Shown: piece by piece, positions 36,914 to 48,904 of the stretch
Layout of the letters: every line of letters starts with the position of its first letter
Position numbering within the stretch: the stretch's first letter is position 1
DNA from: Octopus sinensis
Lineage: Eukaryota
DNA length: 64,000 nt
Direction of reading: 5' to 3'
NCBI RefSeq assembly: GCF_006345805.1
Contig: NC_042998.1
Location: 142,910,001-142,974,000, forward strand
Made by a program: the position numbers and the translations under genes
Notes under the pieces: generated by a model
The model's input: only the letters and a program-made list of their open reading frames with translations
Told to the model about the DNA's origin: nothing
The model's database searches: none

Positions 36914-36965
36914 GTCACGTGACGTCATGTGACCTAATATCAGTGAGTCAGCTTTCGCCACGTCA
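36914..36965. promoter_or_regulatory. Dense cluster of bHLH-ZIP and bZIP binding motifs
   Basis: GTCACGTGAC (36914-36923), TGACGTCA (36920-36927), GTCATGTGAC (36924-36933), TGAGTCA (36944-36950), CCACGTCA (36958-36965). Confidence 0.5.
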
Positions 36966-39685
36966 GCAATGGAACTGTGAAGAAGAAAGGGAGGGTTCCA
37001 AAAATAAAAATAAAGAGAAACAAAGAAAAGAAAGGAAACTGTTTTAGTTTGATGGGAAAGAGAGTAAAAGAGATATCTGAAAAATGGAGAGAAGGAGAGA
37101 GAGGAAAGGAGAAAGTTATTGAATATTCTCAATATGCTGCTGTTGATGGTAGTGGTGGTGGTGGTAGTGGTGGTGGTGGTAGTAGTGGTAGTGGTAGTGG
37201 TGATGGTGATGGTGATGATGAGTAGCAAGGTAAGAAAATTAGCGAGCTAGATAAATAGGGAAAGCCTAAGTATGAAGAGACGAAAAAAAAAAACCTTCGT
37301 GGTTGTGAATGATACAAAGAGAGATTTGAAAAAAGGAAAGATAATTAAAGAGTAAGGAAGCAGCAGAGAAAAAATAAAGCTATGGAAAGACAATTAGTAA
37401 GATTAAGCGGGGAAGAAATGAAGGAAGAGAAAGAAGATGGGTGAAAGGAAAGACGGATTGGAGTGGGTATAAATATATAGAAAAGGAGAGAATGATATAT
37501 GAAGAGGAAAGAAAAATACGTTGAAGGAAAGGTGAAGAGAGAGGAGATGGAAGCTAATAAAACAGAAACTATGGGGGGAAAGAGAGAGCGACAATGTTAA
37601 ATATAGAGGGAAAGGAGTGAGAAAAAAGAGAAACTTGAGAAAAAAAGTAAGAAGGAAAAACTGAAGAAATTGAGATTAGAGATTAATGGGTCCGCAACGA
37701 ACGAATTAAATGTAGTGGGAAAGAAGGAGAAAGCAAAAGACTAAAGGAATGACTGTGAAAGAAAGAGGAAAATAAACAGTTAATAAAGCTATGTTGTACT
37801 AAGTTAAAAATAAACATGTAGCAGTCACCATATTGTTAGCAGCGGGAGGCGAGGGAGAGTAAATATTTAAAAGTAGTGGGAGTGATACTGGTGTCAATGA
37901 TGGTGGTGGGAACGATGAAGAAAATAAAAATGGTGGTTAATATTAGAAGATAGCTGTTTTTTGTTTAGCCATAGATCAATGCTCATCAGCTAACCGACGT
38001 TCAAAGGTATTCTGGCCGAGACCATTCCATCTCGTTTTTTGCGAGTGTATTTGTTCAGTGTATCAAGAGCAATATTAAGCAATGGTTTTAAGACAATAGG
38101 GTGTGGTTTGAGCGATATTTGGCTGCTGTTTCTAAGAGTGTGAAAGTACGTACTGATTCTTTTCTTGTCAGTAAACCTCCGATTTAAAGGTGATCGAAGG
38201 TGTTCCAACAGTGACCAGCCCGTCCCACAACTTTAGTGTATCTAGAACATTATTCAGAACCTTGTTTCTTAATCAAAGCGATACAATGATCTGATGGACA
38301 TATGGTTATCGCTGGTATTTAACCCCAGGTCAACTACCCTAGTAGACTTATTCAAAAGAACGCCAGCCATGAACGACCGTGTGTTTAAGAGTTTGTGGAG
38401 CTTAAATAATTTACCATGTTCTTTTATTTATTGATTAGAGAGTAATTTGGTTTCCTGTTTCTAGCATGATGCAATTGTACAAAGACTCTCCTGTCTGCTC
38501 GGATGTTAGAACTGTTGTTTGAACCTCCATGTCAAGCAGGTTTATAATCACAAGCTCTCTAGTTGTGACCATCTCGTTTTTTTCAATATCTAGTACTATA
38601 TTGTCCAATGTGTGCTTCCTTTTCGAGATCAGTATATGATTTCAATGTGATTTGGCTGCTATTTCTAGCAAATTAAGTCACTTCGTGGAGGCCTTCTTTG
38701 ACATATTGTCATTGTTGTTGTGATTTAGCCCCAGGTCACCCCTAATTGAGCAGATTTATAACTAAAGGCTTACAACAGTGACCATTAATCTTTACTTTAC
38801 TTTACAGTGCATTCAGTACTACATAACAAATATAACCTTCCATTTCTAAAAAAGTAGATAAAATTTGAGGGAGATTTGGCTGCTATCTTTAGCAGATCAA
38901 GTCACCTCAGACAAGCATTTGATACTGCTGATGATTAAACCTGTATCGTTTTTATGTTGGTGGTGAAGGTGGCGGCTGTTTTGCTTGTTGTTTTGCTGGT
39001 GGTGATAGTAGTGGTGGTGGTGGTGGTGGGGTTCTGATCTGGATGTACGTAGTGTTCGAGGAGGAGGCGTTCGTGGTACCCTTTTCATACTGGTTGTAGT
39101 GCTGATGATACTGGTGGTGGTGGTGGTGGTGGAGGATGTTTTTTTACCGTGTATATAGCGGTATATAGTTGTATTGTAAAGAAAATAGAGTAGAAACAGG
39201 GAGACAAATGTGTGTGTGTGTGTGTGTGTGTGTGCGTGAAAGGGCGATAAAGAGAGATACATAAAAAAGAAAGAGAGAGAGATACATAAAAAGAAAGAGA
39301 GAGATACATAAAAAGAAAGAGAGAGAAGGATGAAAAGGAACATGTTTAAAAAATTGAAGGCGGAGGAGGGACATTTGCTGCCCGATTAATTAAAGTTTAA
39401 TACAAAATGTTTTATAGACGAATAATGAGAGAGAGAGAAGGGAAGCAGAAGAAAAGATGGCGGGGAACTGAATAGAGAAGGAACTATTATTAGAAGGAAG
39501 GGTAAAGAAAGGATAGACACATTTTGTTCATAACAGTGGAGAAAAGGTCTTGTTCGGGGGGGGGGGATATGGTATGATGATGAGGAGAGCGAGTCCTAAA
39601 GGCAAAGACGAAGGGTTGAAAAAGAAGAATTAGGATGATGAAGTAATAAATATGTATGTATGTATGTGTGTATATGTATCTATAT

Positions 39686-39747
<62 letters not shown>

Positions 39748-39780
39748 ATATATATATATATATATATATCATCTGCGCAT

Positions 39781-41310
39781 CATAAATCCGAAAAAAAGCA
39801 CACTCTAAAGCATAGAGCAATAATATACTTATATGCAGTTAAGTATACGTCTGGTCATAGATTAACTAATGGTTTTGCATCCATAAAGGGCTTAGCTCCA
39901 TGGACGACTCGTCAGACTCTAAAATCGAAGACAATATAGTTCTTTAGAACTCGGAGGTAGAAAACCGTTACGGTCAGTTAGTAAGTAAATAAAGAATTAA
40001 AAATCCGGCTTAGCGAGGACGAGTTATCTTCCTTAGACCTGTCCATCTGAGTCAAAAGGGAGAACGGGGAACTCCGCCTCTATGTTGCTTTTAGCTCGTA
40101 AAGACTTTTGCGGACCTAATCGATGAATTGGGAATACAATGCTTGCTGTAGATAACATTTGAAATGGATGCAGGGGTTGCAAATCTTTCGCTGTGAATTC
40201 AATAATCCTGGTTCCAGAAAGTCTTTGAGGTTCCTTGCTCGCACAGCTAAGCAAAGCTTGCAGCGTCCGCTCCCGTTAATATAGGATCCCAGCCGCTCTA
40301 TAATCCTCCACTTGATATTGTATGGGGTCCCTTCATCCTTGAGGCGCCACACGTGCTCTGCCAGGGATGTGATGAATCGTCTTTCCGAAATCCTAAAAGA
40401 GGACCTGTGGTTATACAGGCGCTACTTGAAGGCAGTCCCGGCTGACCCGGTATATTTCCGGGCTTGAGTGTTTCTGTTGCATCTTCAGTTGGCTCCGGGT
40501 CTAGAGATATTGTTATTGCCGCTGTTGTTACTGAGCTGCTATCGGTGCTGCTGTTACGGAGCGTGGGTTTGGCGATATTGTTGTGGCTGTTGCCGTTGTA
40601 GTAGTCATTCCTGGCCGCAGTGCTGCCGCTGATGGTGGTGTGGTTGCCGTCGTTGGTAATACTGGGCGTCGGACCGGTAACTTCTCTCATGCTGCTGGTA
40701 TTGGCGTGGTCATCTCCGGCCGTAGTGCTGGTCGTTGGCGTCAGTGCTGGTGTTTCTGCCGCTGCCGTTGCTTCGGTGTTCTTGGATGAGCCGTTGCTGC
40801 TATTACTATGGTCACTAGGTTTGGGTATCACCACAGCCTCGCATTACTCCTCCTCCCACCACTGGGCAGTCATTGTACTCCTTGTATGAGCAATCGGCCT
40901 CCTCCCGCGTTTTATGGATGTTTTCAGGTTGGGTGCGCAAATAAAGGAGACCCTTAGGCTGTGCCTATTGAACAAACGTCCGTACCTGTGTTTCTGCAGG
41001 AAATGTTTGTCTAATAACCTGAGGAATAGTCTTCACATTCAAGCCTTGAAGTTGAGTGAAACGGGTGGGGCAAACCAAATGACGTTCCGGCTTCCTTTTG
41101 TGGATGCTAGGGCCCGGCACGTAGAAGATGCGGTCCTTAAACCCACTGGACGCCAGTACCTCATTGTAATAGGGGGCTGCGGCGTCGAAAATTTCTTGAC
41201 TTGAGGATAAGTTCGATATCCCTTCATGTGTATGATATGGCATAATTATAAACAGGGCAAATTTTAACCATTTCTCCGCAGACACATCATTCTGACAGTC
41301 TCCAATATAT
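39781..41310 (-). mobile_element. Penelope-like element copy A: RT thumb, linker, split GIY-YIG and terminal repeat
   Basis: ISNLSSSQEIFDAAAPYYNEVLASSGF; RNVIWF; DCPVVGGGV..EAVV [~120 low-complexity codons] KYTGSAGTAFK*RLYNHRSSFR...HVWRLKDEG..IKWRIIE...RCKLCL; 3' segment 39781-39935 resembles 41328-41465. Confidence 0.85.
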
Positions 41311-41327
41311 ATCGTTTGTAAAAACCA

Positions 41328-42475
41328 TAAATCCGAAAGAGGAAACACACTCTAAGATGTAGAGCAGTATATATTAAAAATGGGGAAGGCTGGTTTATGG
41401 GATTACCTTAGGTTTCCCGACCATAAAAGGTTTAGCTTTATGGCTTATCGTCAGATCTCAAAAACCTGTTGGCCCATGACCTCTTAAAAATATGGGGGTG
41501 GGTTGGGGAAATGCCTCACTACTCAAAGGTAACAATTGGGGATTATTTCACTTTGCTTATTGGCTATCGACTGCCGGCTACACCGCCATCTTGCGGTCTC
41601 CAAAAAGCTAGAAGGAATCTCCTGAAGTGTAAACATGGCCCGAAAATCTCCGTTCTGGAGTGAAGTATGTTCCCTGGTTCGAGTGAGTCTTTTGGGATTC
41701 TTGCGCGTTCAGATATGCATAACTTGCAACGCTTCGACCGGTTGATGTAGGGGCCTGGGATACTCGAGGATTTTTCACGAGATTGAGTATAGAATCCCAT
41801 CGTCTCTTAGTTACCAGACGTGGTTGGCCAGTGATGTTACGAATTTCCTTTCCGGAACTCTGAAGGAGGACCTGTGGTTGGAATGACGTTGCTTGAAGGA
41901 GTTCCCGGAACAGCCAATGTATCTCTATAGGCATGTGTTGTCGGTGATGTACTTGCTGGTGTTGCTGTTGTTGCTGTTGCTGCTGCCGTCGAGATTGTTG
42001 TTGTTGGAGCTGAGGCTGCTGGTGTTAGAGTCGCCGGAGGTGGTGGTGGCATCGATAATGATATCGCCACTGCCGGTTATGGTGAAGGCCCTCTTGTTAT
42101 TGTGGTCCTCGTCATTGGTGGGAAAGCTGTCAATGCTGCTAGAGGTGTCATTAGCAGTGGTTCCGCTGGTATTTCTGCTAGTGCCACTATCGCTGCTGCT
42201 GCTATTGTTATTGCCGTTACAGGTGCACTGGACCTGTAGCTGCTGCTACAGGGGTTGTCAGGTCTGCTACTGTGGACATTAAGGAAGCTGTTGGTATTGC
42301 TGGTGCTGATAGCGATGCTGCTGTTGTTGTTTAATGTTGGTGTTGTTGCCGTCGGGGAAACTGCTAATGCTGCCGCTGGTGCTTGTTATTGCTATTGTTG
42401 CTAGTGTTGTTAACTGTGGCGATGGTGGCGGTGTTGCTGGTTCAGTTCTCGTGGCTGCTACTGCTTTGGTGTTTG
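41328..42475 (-). mobile_element. Penelope-like element copy B: low-complexity spacer, YIG half of the endonuclease and terminal repeat
   Basis: RYIGCSGNSFKQRHSNHRSSFR...ANHVW*LRDDG; PYINRSKRCKLCISE...RTEIFGPCLHFRRFLL. Confidence 0.85.
41399..41459 (-). ncRNA. Hammerhead-like motif in PLE terminal repeat
   Basis: Minus strand GAGAT-CTGACGA...GCCATAAA/TTTATGGT...GAAAC-CTAAG-GTA-ATCCC; a more decayed homologue lies at 39858-39920. Confidence 0.55.
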
Positions 42476-43204
42476 ATCACAAGTTAAGTACGGACGAGAA
42501 TTAATTCTGTAATGCAATCATTCTATTGTTCCAGTCCCAAGCTGAATTCCAATTGTTGGCCAATTTGTTCCAAAGTTCTTATCTCGACGTAAAATTAACG
42601 AAGCGAATGTCTTTTAACTCCCGCTTGATCTTTGATGTCATCTGACAAACGCTACCAAGATGGTATGAATCAGCCAAACTTTACCTGCTAGAAATATCAG
42701 CCCAAATGCTTTAAAATCAGATCCCAATGCTGGATGCTCAGCAGGTTTTCAATCCCGAGATCATCATGATTTCAAAAAGGTATAACATGTTTATGTAGAG
42801 CAAATGTAGGCTGAGATACAGGGATCCCAGACGGACAGACAGAATTTCGCTTTTATTATTATAGATTGTATAAAAAATAAAAAAAAATATTTCGTAGAAG
42901 TATAACCAAATATTTGAACATAAATTTTAACAACAAAATTTTATATGTACCCCAGTTTAGAACTATTTGGTTCATTATTTTGTTTTAGACATCATGGTTA
43001 CTGAAATCCAACAAGATCGCCAGTCAAATACTGTCCCTTCCAGTACTCTCATACATTACAGTCTACAGCTATCCCCCAAACTCAACAAATATAAGGATCT
43101 ATCCTCATTTTAGGAAACACGTCACAGTGCATCTCATACGCAAGAGACACAACTCTGTCCTTGTTAACAATTGTCTTATTGCACTCGCAATATTTCTAAG
43201 GTAA

Positions 43205-43552
43205 TTCGCCGGGCGAAATGCGTTCTGAGTTCAAATTCCGCCGAGGTCGACTTTGCCTTTCATCCTTTCGGGGTCGATTAAATAAGTACCAGTTACGCAC
43301 TGGGGTCGATATAATCGACTTAATCCATTTGTCTTAATCGACTTAATCCATTTGTCTGTCCTTGTTTGTCCTCTCTGTGTTTAGCCCCTTGTGAGTAGTA
43401 AAGAAATAGGTATTTCCTCCGGCCTTACGTTCTAATTTCAAATTCTACCGAAGTCGGCTTTGCCTTTTATGCTTTCGAAGTCGATAAAATAAGTACCTTA
43501 TGAACACTGGGGTCAATGTAATCGACTTAAATTGTTGGCCTTGTGCCAAGAT
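43205..43552 (+). mobile_element. Dimeric SINE family C
   Basis: Two successive CGTTCT..TTCAAATTC...GGGGTCGA units. Confidence 0.8.
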
Positions 43553-43662
43553 TTTTTTAAATTCGAAGATAAGAGAGACAACCATTAACAAAGACTCCTC
43601 CAAACACCTTCAATTTATGTCTGTCCATCTATCTATCTGTCTGTCTGCCACACACACACACA

Positions 43663-43707
<45 letters not shown>

Positions 43708-43717
43708 ACACACACAC

Positions 43718-43755
<38 letters not shown>

Positions 43756-43790
43756 ACACACACACACACACTCTCTGTCTCTCTTTTCTC

Positions 43791-43849
<59 letters not shown>

Positions 43850-43949
43850 GTCTCTCTCTCTCTCTCTCTCTGCTTTCATTAATGGACAACTTACAACTTG
43901 TACAGCCTCCGTGGGATCAGATCAACTGATGATCTGCCCTACACGAGTT

Positions 43950-44200
43950 ATTACCAAAGCTTTCGACCGTGCCCATAAAGAGCTTTTTCTGTTCCTGACT
44001 CTGTCACCTCTGGCATGCCCCAGGGTTAGGTTTTCCCTATACATCTATCTTTTGTACTTCAATGATCTACTTGCCACCACATCCAACAACGCCCACTTTC
44101 ACATAGATGTTACTACCTTTTATTCACTCCTAAAATTTCCCAATCATGTATCTTCCAAACATAACCTACACACTACGCTTTCACTTGTGTCGATTTCAGG
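43950..44200 (+). mobile_element. CR1/L2-type RT remnant
   Basis: KAFDR; VTSGMPQG (alternate frame); LLYFNDLL...IDVTTFY (decayed YINDL...ADD). Confidence 0.6.
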
Positions 44201-45307
44201 AACAGAGACTTCGAAACCATCCTTCCGTAGGACGCTGTTGCCTCTGTTCATCTGCATTTCGAAAGCATCTTCTTTTATCTTTATCTTTCACTTTGTAACA
44301 GCTAATTGAATTGTAAACAATATTATGATGATGTCGTAGTCATCTGGTGTGACAATAATTATTTGTTATTATGACGGCAAGTTGTAAGATGTGAAAGATG
44401 TACAATGCATGAAGTTTTAAGGAAATATTTATTTACCGTTACGTTACAATACCTTGCCTCGACGAGCAGGTTTTGATACATCCAAAAGCATGCGAAGTAA
44501 AGTTTGTGTATGTGTCCTCTTCATTGTTTAGTAGTAGTAATTACCGAGAGAGATGGAATGACGTTGTAAGGGACAGAATTAGAGCTAGAGAAAATTGTGT
44601 GGTGTTGTCTCACAGCTGCCGACAGGAATTTTCATTTCTCTCGCTGACCATTATATTCTAGCAATCCTTTCCTTAACTAATTGAGTCGTCACGAGTTGAC
44701 TCGTTCAGTTGTCGACAAGTGACTAACTCCGTTGAGCAAACTGATTTATGCTTGGGATGTGTTGGTTTATATAACTATCTAGAAGGATAGATATATCATT
44801 GAGAACAATAGATTTAGTAGGTGGTCTTGTTATCTCTAGTCTAGCTTTTGGTGAAGTAGAAGAGGTTAGAAAGTGTCAAATGGTGAAGACATTATTTCGG
44901 CCTAGCTAAAGGCATCTGGAAAATGTAAAACTGTTGTCAGAGAAAAACCATTGTTCCCTCGTGGGAAAAGTTCTGTTGCAGTGTTAATTTAAATTTGACT
45001 ATAGTGGATCGAATCCACTTCATGCATGCAAGATCCACTACAACTTGTTTCAGTCAAATTAATGGTTGTCATGCTGGAACTTTGCCTTGAAAGGTTTAGT
45101 TGAGCAAATCCACCCCAGTTCTTATTTTAAGTATCGTACGTATTCTATTAATTTCGTTCACTGAACCGCTAATGCATGCGGAAATAAACAAACCAGCACT
45201 AAGTGTCAAGCGATGGTGGGGACAAACACAAACACACACAAACACACACTGACACACACACACACATACACAAAAATACATTAATATATAGATACTCTTT
45301 ACTCTAC

Positions 45308-45713
45308 TCTTTTACTTGTTTCAGTCATTTGATTGTAGCCATGCTGGAGCACCGCCTTTAGTCGAGCAAATCTACCCAGGACTTATTCTTTATAAGCCTA
45401 GTACTTATTCTATCGGCTCCTTTGCTGAACCGCTAAGTTACGGGGACGTAAACACACCAGCATCGGTTGTCAAGCGATGTTGGGTGGGGGGCAAACACAG
45501 ACACGCAAACATATACACACACATACATTATATACATATACATATATACAAAGGGCTTCTTTCAGTTTCCGTCTACCAAATCCACTCATAAGGCTTTGGT
45601 CGACCCGATTCTATAGTAGAAGACACTCGCCTGCCCAAGGTAGCACGCAGTGAGACTGAACCCGGAACCCTGTGGTTCGTAAGCAAGCTACTTACTACAC
45701 AGCCACTCCTATG

Positions 45714-45715
<2 letters not shown>
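45308..45715 (-). mobile_element. Full bipartite SINE
   Basis: Both modules in reverse orientation. Confidence 0.9.
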
Positions 45716-45789
<74 letters not shown>

Positions 45790-45840
45790 CATACACACAT
45801 ATATACATATGCATATATACATACATACATACTTACAGAC

Positions 45841-45911
<71 letters not shown>

Positions 45912-45969
45912 GTGTGTGTGTGTGTGTGTGTAAAATACATTCATATATATATATATATATGATGCGTCA

Positions 45970-48776
45970 CACAAGCGCTGCTGTAATAGAACGCGCGTGC
46001 GACACCGTTGCGACTAGTGCAGTGGCAACATATGTATTTTCAGTGTAGTTGGTTGATTGTGTTCAACTTAACAAGCGTATAAATAACAATATATGTTAGT
46101 ATTTTATTCGATTGAGGTCAGTATTTATTTAAATAATTTCATAAGTATTTTATGAAACGTTATTTTATTTATATTTTTTAATGGATAAATGGTTGAACTT
46201 GAGTAACAAAAGTAATAACGCAAATGGCAATGCTACAAAGTCTGTTCAAGCAGGATCTAGTAATCAGAGAGAGGCACCTAAGATGCGAAGAAAAAAATAC
46301 GATGAGTCATTTCTCCAATTTGGCTTTACTTTAATAATAGCGATGGTATGGAACAACCTTTTTGTTTAATTTGCAATAACGTTTTGGCCATGGAGAGTAT
46401 GAAACCCTCAAATTTAAAAAACATCTTGAATCCAAACATCCCTCATACGTCAATAAACCAAAGATATATTTTGAAAGACTGTTTATATCTTCAAATATAG
46501 AAAAACAAAATTTTGAGAAATTTATGACTATAAACGAAAAATATCTTTTAGCGACATACGAAGTTTCATATCTAATTGCTAAAAATAAAAGCATTTAGCT
46601 CTGCTTCTGCATGTTGTAAAATTTTCACAACTCCACTTTCGAAATTTGGGCTGTGCACAATAGCTGCTGATGGAAGCAAATATTTTAAAAACTTTTCGTA
46701 AGGATACAATGTGAGAATTTCGTCAAAGAGAATTCGAGCATCTCCCAAATCTATTTCTGTTCTTTGTAAGGCGACTGTTACTGAGCGTAACTTTCCTAAA
46801 TTGTCTTTTAGAATCTGCAAATAATTATGATCGCGTGGAGTCATCAGATAATCAACCAGCTTTGAATCGCCTTAAAAAGACAGCTTGAGTTGGATGTACC
46901 TCTCAATCATGTCATAAGTACTGGACCAACGTGTTTTATTTCTTTGTATAGGTTGCAAAGACGTATTTCCCCGAAGTTTACCCGTAAGTTTTAATGATTT
47001 TAGCTTGCAAATAAACATAATAATTTTATCAAGCAGAACTTCCTGTTTGTCGAGATCAGCAGAAACCGCCAGATTGATTTTATGAGAGGTACATCCAATC
47101 AATGGTATTCTACACAAATTCGCTACAGATTTGTCTATTGGGGAAGAACTTTTTTTACCTGCTGCTATGAAGATGGTAGAAATACTTCACGGAATGGTGA
47201 TGAAATTCGGAAAATTCCTTTGTTGAACGACACTGTTGCCAATAGAATTATTGAAATTAGCAATGACCAATTTGAGCAACTTATTACTATACTTAAAGAA
47301 AACCCAAAATTTGCAATTCATTCGGACGAAACACTGATATTTCAAAAATGGCTCAGTTGTTAGCATACGCCAGATACATTTATAAAGAAAACGCCAATGA
47401 AAAATTGTTATTTTATCAGCCTTTGGAAGAACATACAAGGGGAGGAAAGACGTAGTAAAGTTGACGAATTTTTAAAAACTGTAGCTACGGAAAACTTATG
47501 TTGGAGTATGCACAGATGATGCAAAAGTGATGACGGGCGAATATATTGGTTTTTAAATGGTTTGTTAAAGCTGCTGGTAATAATCATGTAACTTTTACCC
47601 GCTGCATGATCCATTGAGAGGCCCTTGCAGCAAAAAAATTGACACCGGAATTAAACAATGTGCTTCAGGGTGTTATCAAAATTATAAACTTTATTAAAAG
47701 CCGTGCTCTTAATAGCTGTTTATTTCCAAATCTCTGTAAAGACATGGAATCAGAATACAAAAACTTATTATTATACTCAGACGTAAGGTAGCTGTCAAGA
47801 GGGCGAAGTTTAAACAAACTCTTGTAGTTAAAAGACAAAATTATTTTATTTTTTAACCAAACAAAAAGCTGATCTTGCTGGCTCTTTTACAAAATGACTT
47901 ATGGCTTTCAAATTTATGCTATTTGTTAGATCTCAGTTTGTCTCTTCAAACAAAGAAAAGTGATATATTTACTTCGAATGATAAAATTGAGGGTTTTATA
48001 TGGAAGAATGGGGTGAAAAATGATTCTTTCCAAATGTTTCCGGTTATCAACGATTTTATAATTGAAAAGAATAATTGTAAAAATTTGATTGGAACAATTA
48101 TTATAGACCACTTAAATACCCTACAAACACAGTTTCGCAAATACTTCATATTGAATTTTAATTTCAAAAAGTTATCTTGGATTCAGAAATCTTTTCCAAT
48201 TGACATTGGTGATATTAATCATCTGCCATATACAGCTCAAGAAGAATTCGCTGAGCTATCGACCGACTCAAACTTGAAACCTGAATTCACAAAAAAATCT
48301 TTGACTGAATTCCGAATCGGAGCTAAAGCTGAATTTCCTGCAATTTCTGAAATGGCATTACATATTCTTTTGTCATTTAGCACTACATACCTATGTGAAA
48401 CGAGTTTTTCAGCTTTAATCCTCGGTAAAACCAAATATCGTTCAACGCTGAAGAACATAGATGCTTTACGTCCAGCAGTGTCAGATATTACATAAAGGTT
48501 TAATTTGTTATGCAACAAAAAAAGCACATCCGTCACATTGATTTTTATTTTGGTTTATTATTTTTTTTCACTTTGGTTTATTTTTGTACTTGAAACAAAT
48601 CCTAAAATTAATTTTGTTTTGGCAAATAATATAACTACTTTTTTCTAATTGTTCAGCAAAAAAATAATTGATTAATGAATTTATTTGTATGTTTTATTTC
48701 ATATTGAATACCCTGGGGTTGCGAAAAAATCTGATGAAAAATGGAGTAATGAATGAAAAAAGTTTGAGAAGCGCTG
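45970..48776 (+). mobile_element. Buster/Charlie-type hAT transposon with decayed transposase (46181-48495), interrupted at 46592-47131
   Basis: MDKWL...RKKYDESFLQFGFT; CLICNNVLAMESMKPSNL.KHLESKHP (BED finger); IGEELFLPAAMKMVEIL; VCTDDA; CMIH*EAL; FSTTYLCETSFS (hATC). Right TIR AGTTTGAGAAGCGCTG at 48761-48776; left TIR not clearly visible. Confidence 0.9.
46592..47131 (-). mobile_element. Internal fragment of the hAT-like transposase at 50.2-50.7 kb, inserted into the Buster ORF
   Basis: Same-orientation copy of about 50190-50733 with scattered substitutions; no TIR and no visible TSD. Confidence 0.9.
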
Positions 48777-48836
48777 GTCGAAGAGAATCTTTCACCAAAT
48801 TTTATAGACAATTCGCCTCTTGCACTTCTAGCTGAA

Positions 48837-48904
<68 letters not shown>

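Noticed and set aside
42500-42660. Possible Tc1-like C-terminal remnant (IKRELK...ELWNKL..W) on the minus strand
   Set aside because: Too short and degenerate to support.
43500-44309. 269-aa ORF
   Set aside because: Chance fusion of a SINE tail, microsatellites and a decayed CR1/L2 RT scrap.
46181-48495. Domesticated ZBED5/ZBED8/SCAND3-like host gene
   Set aside because: Multiple stops and frameshifts, a foreign insertion and a remaining TIR indicate a dead Buster transposon.
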